Positions 14,901 to 29,136 of a stretch of 64,000 nucleotides of DNA are shown here, one piece after another. Source of the DNA: Auanema rhodensis (lineage: Eukaryota > Animalia > Nematoda); the NCBI GenBank assembly GCA_964057225.1, contig CAXKVF010000092.1:1-64000 (forward strand), given 5' to 3'. A model generated the notes under the pieces. That model worked only from the letters and a program-made list of their open reading frames with translations. It was not told the origin of the DNA and searched no databases. Within the stretch, counting starts at the first letter, position 1. Every line of letters begins with the position of its first letter. The translations under genes were made by a program, and so were the position numbers.

Positions 14901-16896
14901 AAATTTACGTGAACTTTAATTTATGCTAATTAAATGTACACGTGATGTGCACTTGGTATGTAACTCGCTTCACGTGAAAGATAAAGAGATGCGGTTTTCA
15001 AAATTAGATTCCCCATGTCCATATTAGTCTAAAAACAAATTTTGATTGATATTGGTGCATGGTAACCATGACTTTGAAATTTACGTGAACTTTAATTTAT
15101 GCTAATTAAATGTACACGTGATGTGCACTTGGTATGTAACTCGCTTCACGTGAAAGATAAAGAGATGCGGTTTTCAAAATTAGATTCCCCATGTCCATAT
15201 TAGTCTAAAAACAAATTTTTATTGATATTGGTGCATGGTAACCATGACTTTGAAATTTACGTGAACTTTAATTTATGCTAATTAAATGTACACGTGATGT
15301 GCACTTGGTATGTAACTCGCTTCACGTGAAAGATAAAGAGATGCGGTTTTCAAAATTAGATTCCCCATGTCCATATTAGTCTAAAAACAAATTTTTATTG
15401 ATATTGGTGCATGGTAACCATGACTTTGAAATTTACGTGAACTTTAATTTATGCTAATTAAATGTACACGTGATGTGCACTTGGTATGTAACTCGCTTCA
15501 CGTGAAAGATAAAGAGATGCGGTTTTCAAAATTAGATTCCCCATGTCCATATTAGTCTAAAAACAAATTTTTATTGATATTGGTTCATGGTAACCATGAC
15601 TTTGAAATTTACGTGAACTTTAATTTATGCTAATTAAATGTACACGTGATGTGCACTTGGTATGTAACTCGCTTCACGTGAAAGATAAAGAGATGCGGTT
15701 TTCAAAATTAGATTCCCCATGTCCATATTAGTCTAAAAACAAATTTTTATTGATATTGGTTCATGGTAACCATGACTTTGAAATTTACGTGAACTTTAAT
15801 TTATGCTAATTAAATGTACACGTGATGTGCACTTGGTATGTAACTCGCTTCACGTGAAAGATAAAGAGATGCGGTTTTCAAAATTAGATTCCCCATGTCC
15901 ATATTAGTCTAAAAACAAATTTTTATTGATATTGGTTCATGGTAACCATGACTTTGAAATTTACGTGAACTTTAATTTATGCTAATTAAATGTACACGTG
16001 ATGTGCACTTGGTATGTAACTCGCTTCACGTGAAAGATAAAGAAATGCGGTTTTCAAAATTAGATTCCCCATGTCCATATTAGTCTAAAAACAAATTTTT
16101 ATTGATATTGGTTCATGGTAACCATGACTTTGAAATTTACGTGAACTTTAATTTATGCTAATTAAATGTACACGTGATGTGCACTTGGTATGTAACTCGC
16201 TTCATGTGAAAGATAAAGAGATGCGGTTTTCAAAATTAGATTCCCCATGTCCATATTAGTCTAAAAACAAATTTTTATTGATATTGGTTCATGGTAACCA
16301 TGACTTTGAAATTTACGTGAACTTTAATTTATGCTAATTAAATGTACACGTGATGTGCACTTGGTATGTAACTCGCTTCACGTGAAAGATAAAGAGATGC
16401 GGTTTTCAAAATTAGATTCCCCATGTCCATATTAGTCTAAAAACAAATTTTTATTGATATTGGTTCATGGTAACCATGACTTTGAAATTTACGTGAACTT
16501 TAATTTATGCTAATTAAATGTACACGTGATGTGCACTTGGTATGTAACTCGCTTCACGTGAAAGATAAAGAAATACGGTTTTCAAAATTAGATCCCCCAT
16601 GTCCATATTAGTCTAAAAACAAATTTTTATTGATATTGGTGCATGGTAACCATGACTTTGAAATTTACGTGAACTTTAATTTATGCTAATTAAATGTACA
16701 CGTGATGTGCACTTGGTATGTAACTCGCTTCACGTGAAAGATGAAGAGATGCGGTTTTCAAAATTAGATTCCCCATGTCCATATTAGTCTAAAAACAAAT
16801 TTTTATTGATATTGGTGCATGGTAACCATGACTTTGAAATTTACGTGAACTTTAATTTATGCTAATTAAATGTACACGTGATGTGCACTTGGTATG

Positions 16897-18656
16897 TAAC
16901 TCGCTTCACGTGAAAGATGAAGAGATGCGGTTTTCAAAATTAGATTCCCCATGTCCATATTAGTCTAAAAACAAATTTTTATTGACATTGGTGCATGGTA
17001 ACCATGACTTTGAAATTTACGTGAACTTTAATTTATGCTAATTAAATGTACACGTGATGTGCACTTGGTATGTAACTCGCTTCACGTGAAAGATAAAGAG
17101 ATGCGGTTTTCAAAATTAGATTCCCCATGTCCATATTAGTCTAAAAATAAATTTTTATTGATATTGGTGCATGGTAACCATGACTTTGAAATTTACGTGA
17201 ACTTTAATTTATGCTAATTAAATGTACACGTGATGTGCACTTGGTATGTAACTCGCTTCACGTAAAAGATGAAGAGATGCGGTTTTCAAAATTAGATTCC
17301 CCATGTCCATATTAGTCTAAAAACAAATTTTTATTGATATTGGTGCATGGTAACCATGACTTTGAAATTTACGTGAACTTTAATTTATGCTAATTAAATG
17401 TACACGTGATGTGCACTTGGTATGTAACTCGCTTCACGTGAAAGATGAAGAGATGCGGTTTTCAAAATTAGATTCCCCATGTCCATATTAGTCTAAAAAC
17501 AAATTTTTATTGACATTGGTGCATGGTAACCATGACTTTGAAATTTACGTGAACTTTAATTTATGCTAATTAAATGTACACGTGATGTGCACTTGGTATG
17601 TAACTCGCTTCACGTGAAAGATAAAGAGATGCGGTTTTCAAAATTAGATTCCCCATGTCCATATTAGTCTAAAAACAAATTTTTATTGATATTGGTGCAT
17701 GGTAACCATGACTTTGAAATTTACGTGAACTTTAATTTATGCTAATTAAATGTACACGTGATGTGCACTTGGTATGTAACTCGCTTCACGTGAAAGATGA
17801 AGAGATGCGGTTTTCAAAATTAGATTCCCCATGTCCATATTAGTCTAAAAACAAATTTTTATTGACATTGGTGCATGGTAACCATGACTTTGAAATTTAC
17901 GTGAACTTTAATTTATGCTAATTAAATGTACACGTGATGTGCACTTGGTATGTAACTCGCTTCACGTGAAAGATAAAGAGATGCGGTTTTCAAAATTAGA
18001 TTCCCCATGTCCATATTAGTCTAAAAACAAATTTTTATTGATATTGGTGCATGGTAACCATGACTTTGAAATTTACGTGAACTTTAATTTATGCTAATTA
18101 AATGTACACGTGATGTGCACTTGGTATGTAACTCGCTTCACGTAAAAGATGAAGAGATGCGGTTTTCAAAATTAGATTCCCCATGTCCATATTAGTCTAA
18201 AAACAAATTTTTATTGATATTGGTGCATGGTAACCATGACTTTGAAATTTACGTGAACTTTAATTTATGCTAATTAAATGTACACGTGATGTGCACTTGG
18301 TATGTAACTCGCTTCACGTGAAAGATGAAGAGATGCGGTTTTCAAAATTAGATTCCCCATGTCCATATTAGTCTAAAAACAAATTTTTATTGACATTGGT
18401 GCATGGTAACCATGACTTTGAAATTTACGTGAACTTTAATTTATGCTAATTAAATGTACACGTGATGTGCACTTGGTATGTAACTCGCTTCACGTGAAAG
18501 ATAAAGAGATGCGGTTTTCAAAATTAGATTCCCCATGTCCATATTAGTCTAAAAACAAATTTTTATTGATATTGGTGCATGGTAACCATGACTTTGAAAT
18601 TTACGTGAACTTTAATTTATGCTAATTAAATGTACACGTGATGTGCACTTGGTATG
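16897..18656. repeat. 5-monomer (880-bp) tandem duplication in an A23G/T90C-rich patch
   Basis: T90C at 16986/17866 and 17514/18394, and G16A at 17264/18144; all offsets are 880 bp. Confidence 0.85.
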
Positions 18657-21600
18657 TAACTCGCTTCACGTGAAAGATGAAGAGATGCGGTTTTCAAAAT
18701 TAGATTCCCCATGTCCATATTAGTCTAAAAACAAATTTTTATTGATATTGGTTCATGGTAACCATGACTTTGAAATTTACGTGAACTTTAATTTATGCTA
18801 ATTAAATGTACACGTGATGTGCACTTGGTATGTAACTCGCTTCACGTGAAAGATAAAGAGATGCGGTTTTCAAAATTAGATTCCCCATGTCCATATTAGT
18901 CTAAAAACAAATTTTTATTGATATTGGTTTATGGTAACTATGACTTTGAAATTTACGTGAACTTTAATTTATGCTAATTAAATGTACACGTGATGTGCAC
19001 TTGGTATGTAACTCGCTTCACGTGAAAGATAAAGAGATGCGGTTTTCAAAATTAGATTCCCCATGTCCATATTAGTCTAAAAACAAATTTTTATTGATAT
19101 TGGTGCATGGTAACCATGACTTTGAAATTTACGTGAACTTTAATTTATGCTAATTAAATGTACACGTGATGTGCACTTGGTATGTAACTCGCTTCACGTG
19201 AAAGATAAAGAGATGCGGTTTTCAAAATTAGATTCCCCATGTCCATATTAGTTTAAAAACAAATTTTTATTGATATTGGTGCATGGTAACCATGACTTTG
19301 AAATTTACGTGAACTTTAATTTATGCTAATTAAATGTACACGTGATGTGCACTTGGTATGTAACTCGCTTCACGTGAAAGATGAAGAGATGCGGTTTTCA
19401 AAATTAGATTCCCCATGTCCATATTAGTCTAAAAACAAATTTTTATTGATATTGGTGCATGGTAACCATGACTTTGAAATTTACGTGAACTTTAATTTAT
19501 GCTAATTAAATGTACACGTGATGTGCACTTGGTATGTAACTCGCTTCACGTGAAAGATAAAGAGATGCGGTTTTCAAAATTAGATTCCCCATGTCCATAT
19601 TAGTCTAAAAACAAATTTTTATTGATATTGGTGCATGGTAACCATGACTTTGAAATTTACGTGAACTTTAATTTATGCTAATTAAATGTACACGTGATGT
19701 GCACTTGGTATGTAACTCGCTTCACGTGAAAGATAACGAGATGCGGTTTTCAAAATTAGATTCCCCATGTCCATATTAGTCTAAAAACAAATTTTTATTG
19801 ATATTGGTGCATGGTAACCATGACTTTGAAATTTACGTGAACTTTAATTTATGCTAATTAAATGTACACGTGATGTGCACTTGGTATGTAACTCGCTTCA
19901 CGTGAAAGATAAAGAGATGCGGTTTTCAAAATTAGATTCCCCATGTCCATATTAGTCTGAAAACAAATTTTTATTGATATTGGTGCATGGTAACCATGAC
20001 TTTGAAATTTACGTGAACTTTAATTTATGCTAATTAAATGTACACGTGATGTGCACTTGGTATGTAACTCGCTTCACGTGAAAGATAAAGAGATGCGGTT
20101 TTCAAAATTAGATTCCCCATGTCCATATTAGTCTAAAAACAAATTTTTATTGATATTGGTTCATGGTAACCATGACTTTGAAATTTACGTGAACTTTAAT
20201 TTATGCTAATTAAATGTACACGTGATGTGCACTTGGTATGTAACTCGCTTCACGTGAAAGATAAAGAGATGCGGTTTTCAAAATTAGATTCCCCATGTCC
20301 ATATTAGTCTAAAAACAAATTTTTATTGATATTGGTGCATGGTAACCATGACTTTGAAATTTACGTGAACTTTAATTTATGCTAATTAAATGTACACGTG
20401 ATGTGCACTTGGTATGTAACTCGCTTCACGTGAAAGATAAAGAGATGCGGTTTTCAAAATTAGATTCCCCATGTCCATATTAGTCTAAAAACAAATTTTT
20501 ATTGATATTGGTGCATGGTAACCATGACTTTGAAATTTACGTGAACTTTAATTTATGCTAATTAAATGTACACGTGATGTGCACTTGGTATGTAACTCGC
20601 TTCACGTGAAAGATAAAGAGATGCGGTTTTCAAAATTAGATTCCCCATGTCCATATTAGTCTAAAAACAAATTTTTATTGATATTGGTGCATGGTAACCA
20701 TGACTTTGAAATTTACGTGAACTTTAATTTATGCTAATTAAATGTACACGTGATGTGCACTTGGTATGTAACTCGCTTCACGTGAAAGATAAAGAGATGC
20801 GGTTTTCAAAATTAGATTCCCCATGTCCATATTAGTCTAAAAACAAATTTTTATTGATATTGGTGCATGGTAACCATGACTTTGAAATTTACGTGAACTT
20901 TAATTTATGCTAATTAAATGTACACGTGATGTGCACTTGGTATGTAACTCGCTTCACGTGAAAGATAACGAGATGCGGTTTTCAAAATTAGATTCCCCAT
21001 GTCCATATTAGTCTAAAAACAAATTTTTATTGATATTGGTGCATGGTAACCATGACTTTGAAATTTACGTGAACTTTAATTTATGCTAATTAAATGTACA
21101 CGTGATGGGCACTTGGTATGTAACTCGCTTCACGTGAAAGATAAAGAGATGCGGTTTTCAAAATTAGATTCCCCATGTCAATATTAGTCTAAAAACAAAT
21201 TTTTATTGATATTGGTGCATGGTAACCATGACTTTGAAATTTACGTGAACTTTAATTTATGCTAATTAAATGTACACGTGATGTGCACTTGGTATGTAAC
21301 TCGCTTCACGTGAAAGATAAAGAGATGCGGTTTTCAAAATTAGATTCCCCATGTCCATATTAGTCTAAAAACAAATTTTTATTGATATTGGTGCATGGTA
21401 ACCATGACTTTGAAATTTACGTGAACTTTAATTTATGCTAATTAAATGTACACGTGATGTGCACTTGGTATGTAACTCGCTTCACGTGAAAGATAACGAG
21501 ATGCGGTTTTCAAAATTAGATTCCCCATGTCCATATTAGTCTAAAAACAAATTTTTATTGATATTGGTGCATGGTAACCATGACTTTGAAATTTACGTGA

Positions 21601-23584
21601 ACTTTAATTTATGCTAATTAAATGTACACGTGATGGGCACTTGGTATGTAACTCGCTTCACGTGAAAGATAAAGAGATGCGGTTTTCAAAATTAGATTCC
21701 CCATGTCCATATTAGTCTAAAAACAAATTTTTATTGATATTGGTTCATGGTAACCATGACTTTGAAATTTACGTGAACTTTAATTTATGCTAATTAAATG
21801 TACACGTGATGTGCACTTGGTATGTAACTCGCTTCACGTGAAAGATAAAGAGATGCGGTTTTCAAAATTAGATTCCCCATGTCCATATTAGTCTAAAAAC
21901 AAATTTTTATTGATATTGGTTCATGGTAACCATGACTTTGAAATTTACGTGAACTTTAATTTATGCTAATTAAATGTACACGTGATGTGCACTTGGTATG
22001 CAACTCGCTTCACGTGAAAGATAAAGAGATGCGGTTTTCAAAATTAGATTCCCCATGTCCATATTAGTCTAAAAACAAATTTTTATTGATATTGGTGCAT
22101 GGTAACCATGACTTTGAAAGTTACGTGAACTTTAATTTATGCTAATTAAATGTACACGTGATGTGCACTTGGTATGTAACTCGCTTCACGTGAAAGATAA
22201 AGAGATGCGGTTTTCAAATTTAGATTCCCCATGTCCATATTAGTCTAAAAACAAATTTTTATTGATATTGGTTCATGGTAACCATGACTTTGAAATTTAC
22301 GTGAACTTTAATTTATGCTAATTAACTGTACACGTGATGTGCACTTGGTATGTAACTCGCTTCACGTGAAAGATAAAGAGATGCGGTTTTCAAAATTAGA
22401 TTCCCCATGTCCATATTAGTCTAAAAACAAATTTTTATTGATATTGGTGCATGGTAACCATGACTTTGAAATTTACGTGAACTTTAATTTATGCTAATTA
22501 AATGTACACGTGATGTGCACTTGGTATGTAACTCGCTTCACGTGAAAGATAAAGAGATGCGGTTTTCAAAATTAGATTCCCCATGTCCATATTAGTCTAA
22601 AAACAAATTTTTATTGATATTGGTGCATGGTAACCATGACTTTGAAATTTACGTGAACTTTAATTTATGCTAATTAAATGTACACGTGATGTGCACTTGG
22701 TATGTAACTCGCTTCACGTGAAAGATAACGAGATGCGGTTTTCAAAATTAGATTCCCCATGTCCATATTAGTCTAAAAACAAATTTTTATTGATATTGGT
22801 GCATGGTAACCATGACTTTGAAATTTACGTGAACTTTAATTTATGCTAATTAAATGTACACGTGATGGGCACTTGGTATGTAACTCGCTTCACGTGAAAG
22901 ATAAAGAGATGCGGTTTTCAAAATTAGATTCCCCATGTCCATATTAGTCTAAAAACAAATTTTTATTGATATTGGTTCATGGTAACCATGACTTTGAAAT
23001 TTACGTGAACTTTAATTTATGCTAATTAAATGTACACGTGATGTGCACTTGGTATGTAACTCGCTTCACGTGAAAGATAAAGAGATGCGGTTTTCAAAAT
23101 TAGATTCCCCATGTCCATATTAGTCTAAAAACAAATTTTTATTGATATTGGTTCATGGTAACCATGACTTTGAAATTTACGTGAACTTTAATTTATGCTA
23201 ATTAAATGTACACGTGATGTGCACTTGGTATGTAACTCGCTTCACGTGAAAGATAAAGAGATGCGGTTTTCAAAATTAGATTCCCCATGTCCATATTAGT
23301 TTAAAAACAAATTTTTATTGATATTGGTGCATGGTAACCATGACTTTGAAATTTACGTGAACTTTAATTTATGCTAATTAAATGTACACGTGATGTGCAC
23401 TTGGTATGTAACTCGCTTCACGTGGAAGATAAAGAGATGCGGTTTTCAAAATTAGATTCCCCATGTCCATATTAGTCTAAAAACAAATTTTTATTGATAT
23501 TGCTTCATGGTAACCATGACTTTGAAATTTACGTGAACTTTAATTTATGCTAATTAAATGTACACGTGATGTGCACTTGGTATG

Positions 23585-24816
23585 TAACTCGCTTCACGTG
23601 AAAGATAAAGAGATGCGGTTTTCAAAATTAGATTCCCCATGTCCATATTAGTCTAAAAACAAATTTTTATTGATATTGGTGCATGGTAACCATGACTTTG
23701 AAATTTACGTGAACTTTAATTTATGCTAATTAAATGTACACGTGATGTGCACTTGGTATGTAACTCGCTTCACGTGAAAGATAAAGAGATGCGGTTTTCA
23801 AAATTAGATTCCCCATGTCCATATTAGTCTAAAAACAAATTTTTATTGATATTGGTGCATGGTAACCATGACTTTGAAAGTTACGTGAACTTTAATTTAT
23901 GCTAATTAAATGTACACGTGATGTGCACTTGGTATGTAACTCGCTTCACGTGAAAGATAAAGAGATGCGGTTTTCAAATTTAGATTCCCCATGTCCATAT
24001 AAGTCTAAAAACAAATTTTTATTGATATTGGTTCATGGTAACCATGACTTTGAAATTTACGTGAACTTTAATTTATGCTAATTAAATGTACACGTGATGT
24101 GCACTTGGTATGTAACTCGCTTCACGTGAAAGATAAAGAGATGCGGTTTTCAAAATTAGATTCCCCATGTCCATATTAGTCTAAAAACAAATTTTTATTG
24201 ATATTGGTTCATGGTAACCATGACTTTGAAATTTACGTGAACTTTAATTTATGCTAATTAAATGTACACGTGATGTGCACTTGGTATGTAACTCGCTTCA
24301 CGTGAAAGATAAAGAGATGCGGTTTTCAAAATTAGATTCCCCATGTCCATATTAGTCTAAAAACAAATTTTTATTGATATTGGTGCATGGTAACCATGAC
24401 TTTGAAATTTACGTGAACTTTAATTTATGCTAATTAAATGTACACGTGATGTGCACTTGGTATGTAACTCGCTTCACGTGAAAGATAAAGAGATGCGGTT
24501 TTCAAAATTAGATTCCCCATGTCCATATTAGTCTAAAAACAAATTTTTATTGATATTGGTGCATGGTAACCATGACTTTGAAAGTTACGTGAACTTTAAT
24601 TTATGCTAATTAAATGTACACGTGATGTGCACTTGGTATGTAACTCGCTTCACGTGAAAGATAAAGAGATGCGGTTTTCAAATTTAGATTCCCCATGTCC
24701 ATATAAGTCTAAAAACAAATTTTTATTGATATTGGTTCATGGTAACCATGACTTTGAAATTTACGTGAACTTTAATTTATGCTAATTAAATGTACACGTG
24801 ATGTGCACTTGGTATG
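23585..24816. repeat. 4-monomer (704-bp) duplication carrying T120G then A43T+T65A; source of the two spurious ORFs
   Basis: T65A (TAG to AAG) at 24001 and 24705. The ORF starts 23899 and 24603 differ by 704. Confidence 0.85.
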
Positions 24817-27800
24817 TAACTCGCTTCACGTGAAAGATAAAGAGATGCGGTTTTCAAAATTAGATTCCCCATGTCCATATTAGTTTAAAAACAAATTTTT
24901 ATTGATATTGGTGCATGGTAACCATGACTTTGAAATTTACGTGAACTTTAATTTATGCTAATTAAATGTACACGTGATGTGCTCTTGGTATGTAACTCGC
25001 TTCACGTGAAAGATAAAGAGATGCGGTTTTCAAAATTAGATTCCCCATGTCCATATTAGTCTAAAAACAAATTTTTATTGATATTGGTTCATGGTAACCA
25101 TGACTTTGAAATTTACGTGAACTTTAATTTATGCTAATTAAATGTACACGTGATGTGCACTTGGTATGTAACTCGCTTCACTTGAAAGATAAAGAGATGC
25201 GGTTTTCAAAATTAGATTCCCCATGTCCATATTAGTCTAAAAACAAATTTTTATTGATATTGGTGCATGGTAACCATGACTTTGAAATTTACGTGAACTT
25301 TAATTTATGCTAATTAAATGTACACGTGATGTGCACTTGGTATGTAACTCGCTTCACGTGAAAGATAAAGAGATGCGGTTTTCAAAATTAGATTCCCCAT
25401 GTCCATATTAGTCTAAAAACAAATTTTTATTGATATTGGTGCATGGTAACCATGACTTTGAAAGTTACGTGAACTTTAATTTATGCTAATTAAATGTACA
25501 CGTGATGTGCACTTGGTATGTAACTCGCTTCACGTGAAAGATAAAGAGATGCGGTTTTCAAATTTAGATTCCCCATGTCCATATTAGTCTAAAAACAAAT
25601 TTTTATTGATATTGGTTCATGGTAACCATGACTTTGAAATTTACGTGAACTTTAATTTATGCTAATTAAATGTACACGTGATGTGCACTTGGTATGTAAC
25701 TCGCTTCACGTGAAAGATAAAGAGATGCGGTTTTCAAAATTAGATTCCCCATGTCCATATTAGTCTAAAAACAAATTTTTATTGATATTGGTGCATGGTA
25801 ACCATGACTTTGAAATTTACGTGAACTTTAATTTATGCTAATTAAATGTACACGTGATGTGCACTTGGTATGTAACTCGCTTCACGTGAAAGATGAAGAG
25901 ATGCGGTTTTCAAAATTAGATTCCCCATGTCCATATTAGTCTAAAAACAAATTTTTATTGATATTGGTGCATGGTAACCATGACTTTGAAATTTACGTGA
26001 ACTTTAATTTATGCTAATTAAATGTACACGTGATGTGCACTTGGTATGTAACTCGCTTCACGTGAAAGATAAAGAGATGCGGTTTTCAAAATTAGATTCC
26101 CCATGTCCATATTAGTCTAAAAACAAATTTTTATTGATATTGGTGCATGGTAACCATGACTTTGAAATTTACGTGAACTTTAATTTATGCTAATTAAATG
26201 TACACGTGATGTGCACTTGGTATGTAACTCGCTTCACGTGAAAGATAAAAAGATGCGGTTTTCAAAATTAGATTCCCCATGTCCATATTAGTTTAAAAAC
26301 AAATTTTTATTGATATTGGTGCATGGTAACCATGACTTTGAAATTTACGTGAACTTTAATTTATGCTAATTAAATGTACACGTGATGTGCACTTGGTATG
26401 TAACTCGCTTCACGTGAAAGATAAAGAGATGCGGTTTTCAAAATTAGATTCCCCATGTCCATATTAGTTTAAAAACAAATTTTTATTGATATTGGTGCAT
26501 GGTAACCATGACTTTGAAATTTACGTGAACTTTAATTTATGCTAATTAAATGTACACGTGATGTGCTCTTGGTATGTAACTCGCTTCACGTGAAAGATAA
26601 AGAGATGCGGTTTTCAAAATTAGATTCCCCATGTCCATATTAGTCTAAAAACAAATTTTTATTGATATTGGTTCATGGTAACCATGACTTTGAAATTTAC
26701 GTGAACTTTAATTTATGCTAATTAAATGTACACGTGATGTGCACTTGGTATGTAACTCGCTTCACTTGAAAGATAAAGAGATGCGGTTTTCAAAATTAGA
26801 TTCCCCATGTCCATATTAGTCTAAAAACAAATTTTTATTGATATTGGTGCATGGTAACCATGACTTTGAAATTTACGTGAACTTTAATTTATGCTAATTA
26901 AATGTACACGTGATGTGCACTTGGTATGTAACTCGCTTCACGTGAAAGATAAAGAGATGCGGTTTTCAAAATTAGATTCCCCATGTCCATATTAGTCTAA
27001 AAACAAATTTTTATTGATATTGGTGCATGGTAACCATGACTTTGAAAGTTACGTGAACTTTAATTTATGCTAATTAAATGTACACGTGATGTGCACTTGG
27101 TATGTAACTCGCTTCACGTGAAAGATAAAGAGATGCGGTTTTCAAATTTAGATTCCCCATGTCCATATTAGTCTAAAAACAAATTTTTATTGATATTGGT
27201 TCATGGTAACCATGACTTTGAAATTTACGTGAACTTTAATTTATGCTAATTAAATGTACACGTGATGTGCACTTGGTATGTAACTCGCTTCACGTGAAAG
27301 ATAAAGAGATGCGGTTTTCAAAATTAGATTCCCCATGTCCATATTAGTCTAAAAACAAATTTTTATTGATATTGGTGCATGGTAACCATGACTTTGAAAT
27401 TTACGTGAACTTTAATTTATGCTAATTAAATGTACACGTGATGTGCACTTGGTATGTAACTCGCTTCACGTGAAAGATGAAGAGATGCGGTTTTCAAAAT
27501 TAGATTCCCCATGTCCATATTAGTCTAAAAACAAATTTTTATTGATATTGGTGCATGGTAACCATGACTTTGAAATTTACGTGAACTTTAATTTATGCTA
27601 ATTAAATGTACACGTGATGTGCACTTGGTATGTAACTCGCTTCACGTGAAAGATAAAGAGATGCGGTTTTCAAAATTAGATTCCCCATGTCCATATTAGT
27701 CTAAAAACAAATTTTTATTGATATTGGTGCATGGTAACCATGACTTTGAAATTTACGTGAACTTTAATTTATGCTAATTAAATGTACACGTGATGTGCAC

Positions 27801-27984
27801 TTGGTATGTAACTCGCTTCACGTGAAAGATAAAGAGATGCGGTTTTCAAAATTAGATTCCCCATGTCCATATTAGTTTAAAAACAAATTTTTATTGATAT
27901 TGGTGCATGGTAACCATGACTTTGAAATTTACGTGAACTTTAATTTATGCTAATTAAATGTACACGTGATGTGCACTTGGTATG
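24817..27984. repeat. 9-monomer (1584-bp) tandem duplication
   Basis: The ordered variants C69T+A167T, T97, G14T, T120G, A43T, A23G, C69T occur in 24817-26400 and again in 26401-27984. The only difference I noticed is G26A at 26250. Confidence 0.88.
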
Positions 27985-28864
27985 TAACTCGCTTCACGTG
28001 AAAGATAAAGAGATGCGGTTTTCAAAATTAGATTCCCCATGTCCATATTAGTCTAAAAACAAATTTTTATTGATATTGGTTCATGGTAACCATGACTTTG
28101 AAATTTACGTGAACTTTAATTTATGCTAATTAAATGTACACGTGATGTGCACTTGGTATGTAACTCGCTTCACGTGAAAGATAAAGAGATGCGGTTTTCA
28201 AAATTAGATTCCCCATGTCCATATTAGTCTAAAAACAAATTTTTATTGATATTGGTGCATGGTAACCATGACTTTGAAATTTACGTGAACTTTAATTTAT
28301 GCTAATTAAATGTACACGTGATGTGCACTTGGTATGTAACTCGCTTCACGTGAAAGATAAAGAGATGCGGTTTTCAAAATTAGATTCCCCATGTCCATAT
28401 TAGTCTAAAAACAAATTTTTATTGATATTGGTGCATGGTAACCATGACTTTGAAAGTTACGTGAACTTTAATTTATGCTAATTAAATGTACACGTGATGT
28501 GCACTTGGTATGTAACTCGCTTCACGTGAAAGATAAAGAGATGCGGTTTTCAAAATTAGATTCCCCATGTCCATATTAGTCTAAAAACAAATTTTTATTG
28601 ATATTGGTTCATGGTAACCATGACTTTGAAATTTACGTGAACTTTAATTTATGCTAATTAAATGTACACGTGATGTGCACTTGGTATGTAACTCGCTTCA
28701 CGTGAAAGATAAAGAGATGCGGTTTTCAAAATTAGATTCCCCATGTCCATATTAGTCTAAAAACAAATTTTTATTGATATTGGTGCATGGTAACCATGAC
28801 TTTGAAATTTACGTGAACTTTAATTTATGCTAATTAAATGTACACGTGATGTGCACTTGGTATG

Positions 28865-29136
28865 TAACTCGCTTCACGTGAAAGATGAAGAGATGCGGTT
28901 TTCAAAATTAGATTCCCCATGTCCATATTAGTCTAAAAACAAATTTTTATTGATATTGGTGCATTCGCTTCACGTGAAAGATAAAGAGATGCGGTTTTCA
29001 AAATTAGATTCCCCATGTCCATATTAGTCTAAAAACAAATTTTTATTGATATTGGTTCATGGTAACCATGACTTTGAAATTTACGTGAACTTTAATTTAT
29101 GCTAATTAAATGTACACGTGATGTGCACTTGGTATG
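28865..29136. other. 80-bp deletion fusing monomer position 100 to position 5 of the next monomer
   Basis: Junction GGTGCAT|TCGCTTCACGTG at 28964/28965; the array register shifts by -80 afterwards. Confidence 0.95.

Noticed and set aside
18925-18945. Two substitutions within the dyad (C98T and C107T) as compensatory changes
   Set aside because: The two positions do not pair with each other, so the changes disrupt the palindrome instead of preserving it. It occurs only once.
23899-24081. 60-aa ORF MLIKCTRDVH...
   Set aside because: It is a translation of one satellite monomer in which T65A turns TAG into AAG. It has no recognisable domain or gene context, and the 176-bp period is not a multiple of 3.
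24603-24785. Second identical 60-aa ORF
   Set aside because: It is a copy produced by the 704-bp 4-mer duplication, so its identity reflects recent duplication and not coding constraint.
28963-28979. CENP-B box-like TTCG....A at the deletion junction (CTCG in normal monomers)
   Set aside because: It lacks the CGGG half of NTTCGNNNNANNCGGGN and matches only about 5-6 of the 9 essential bases.
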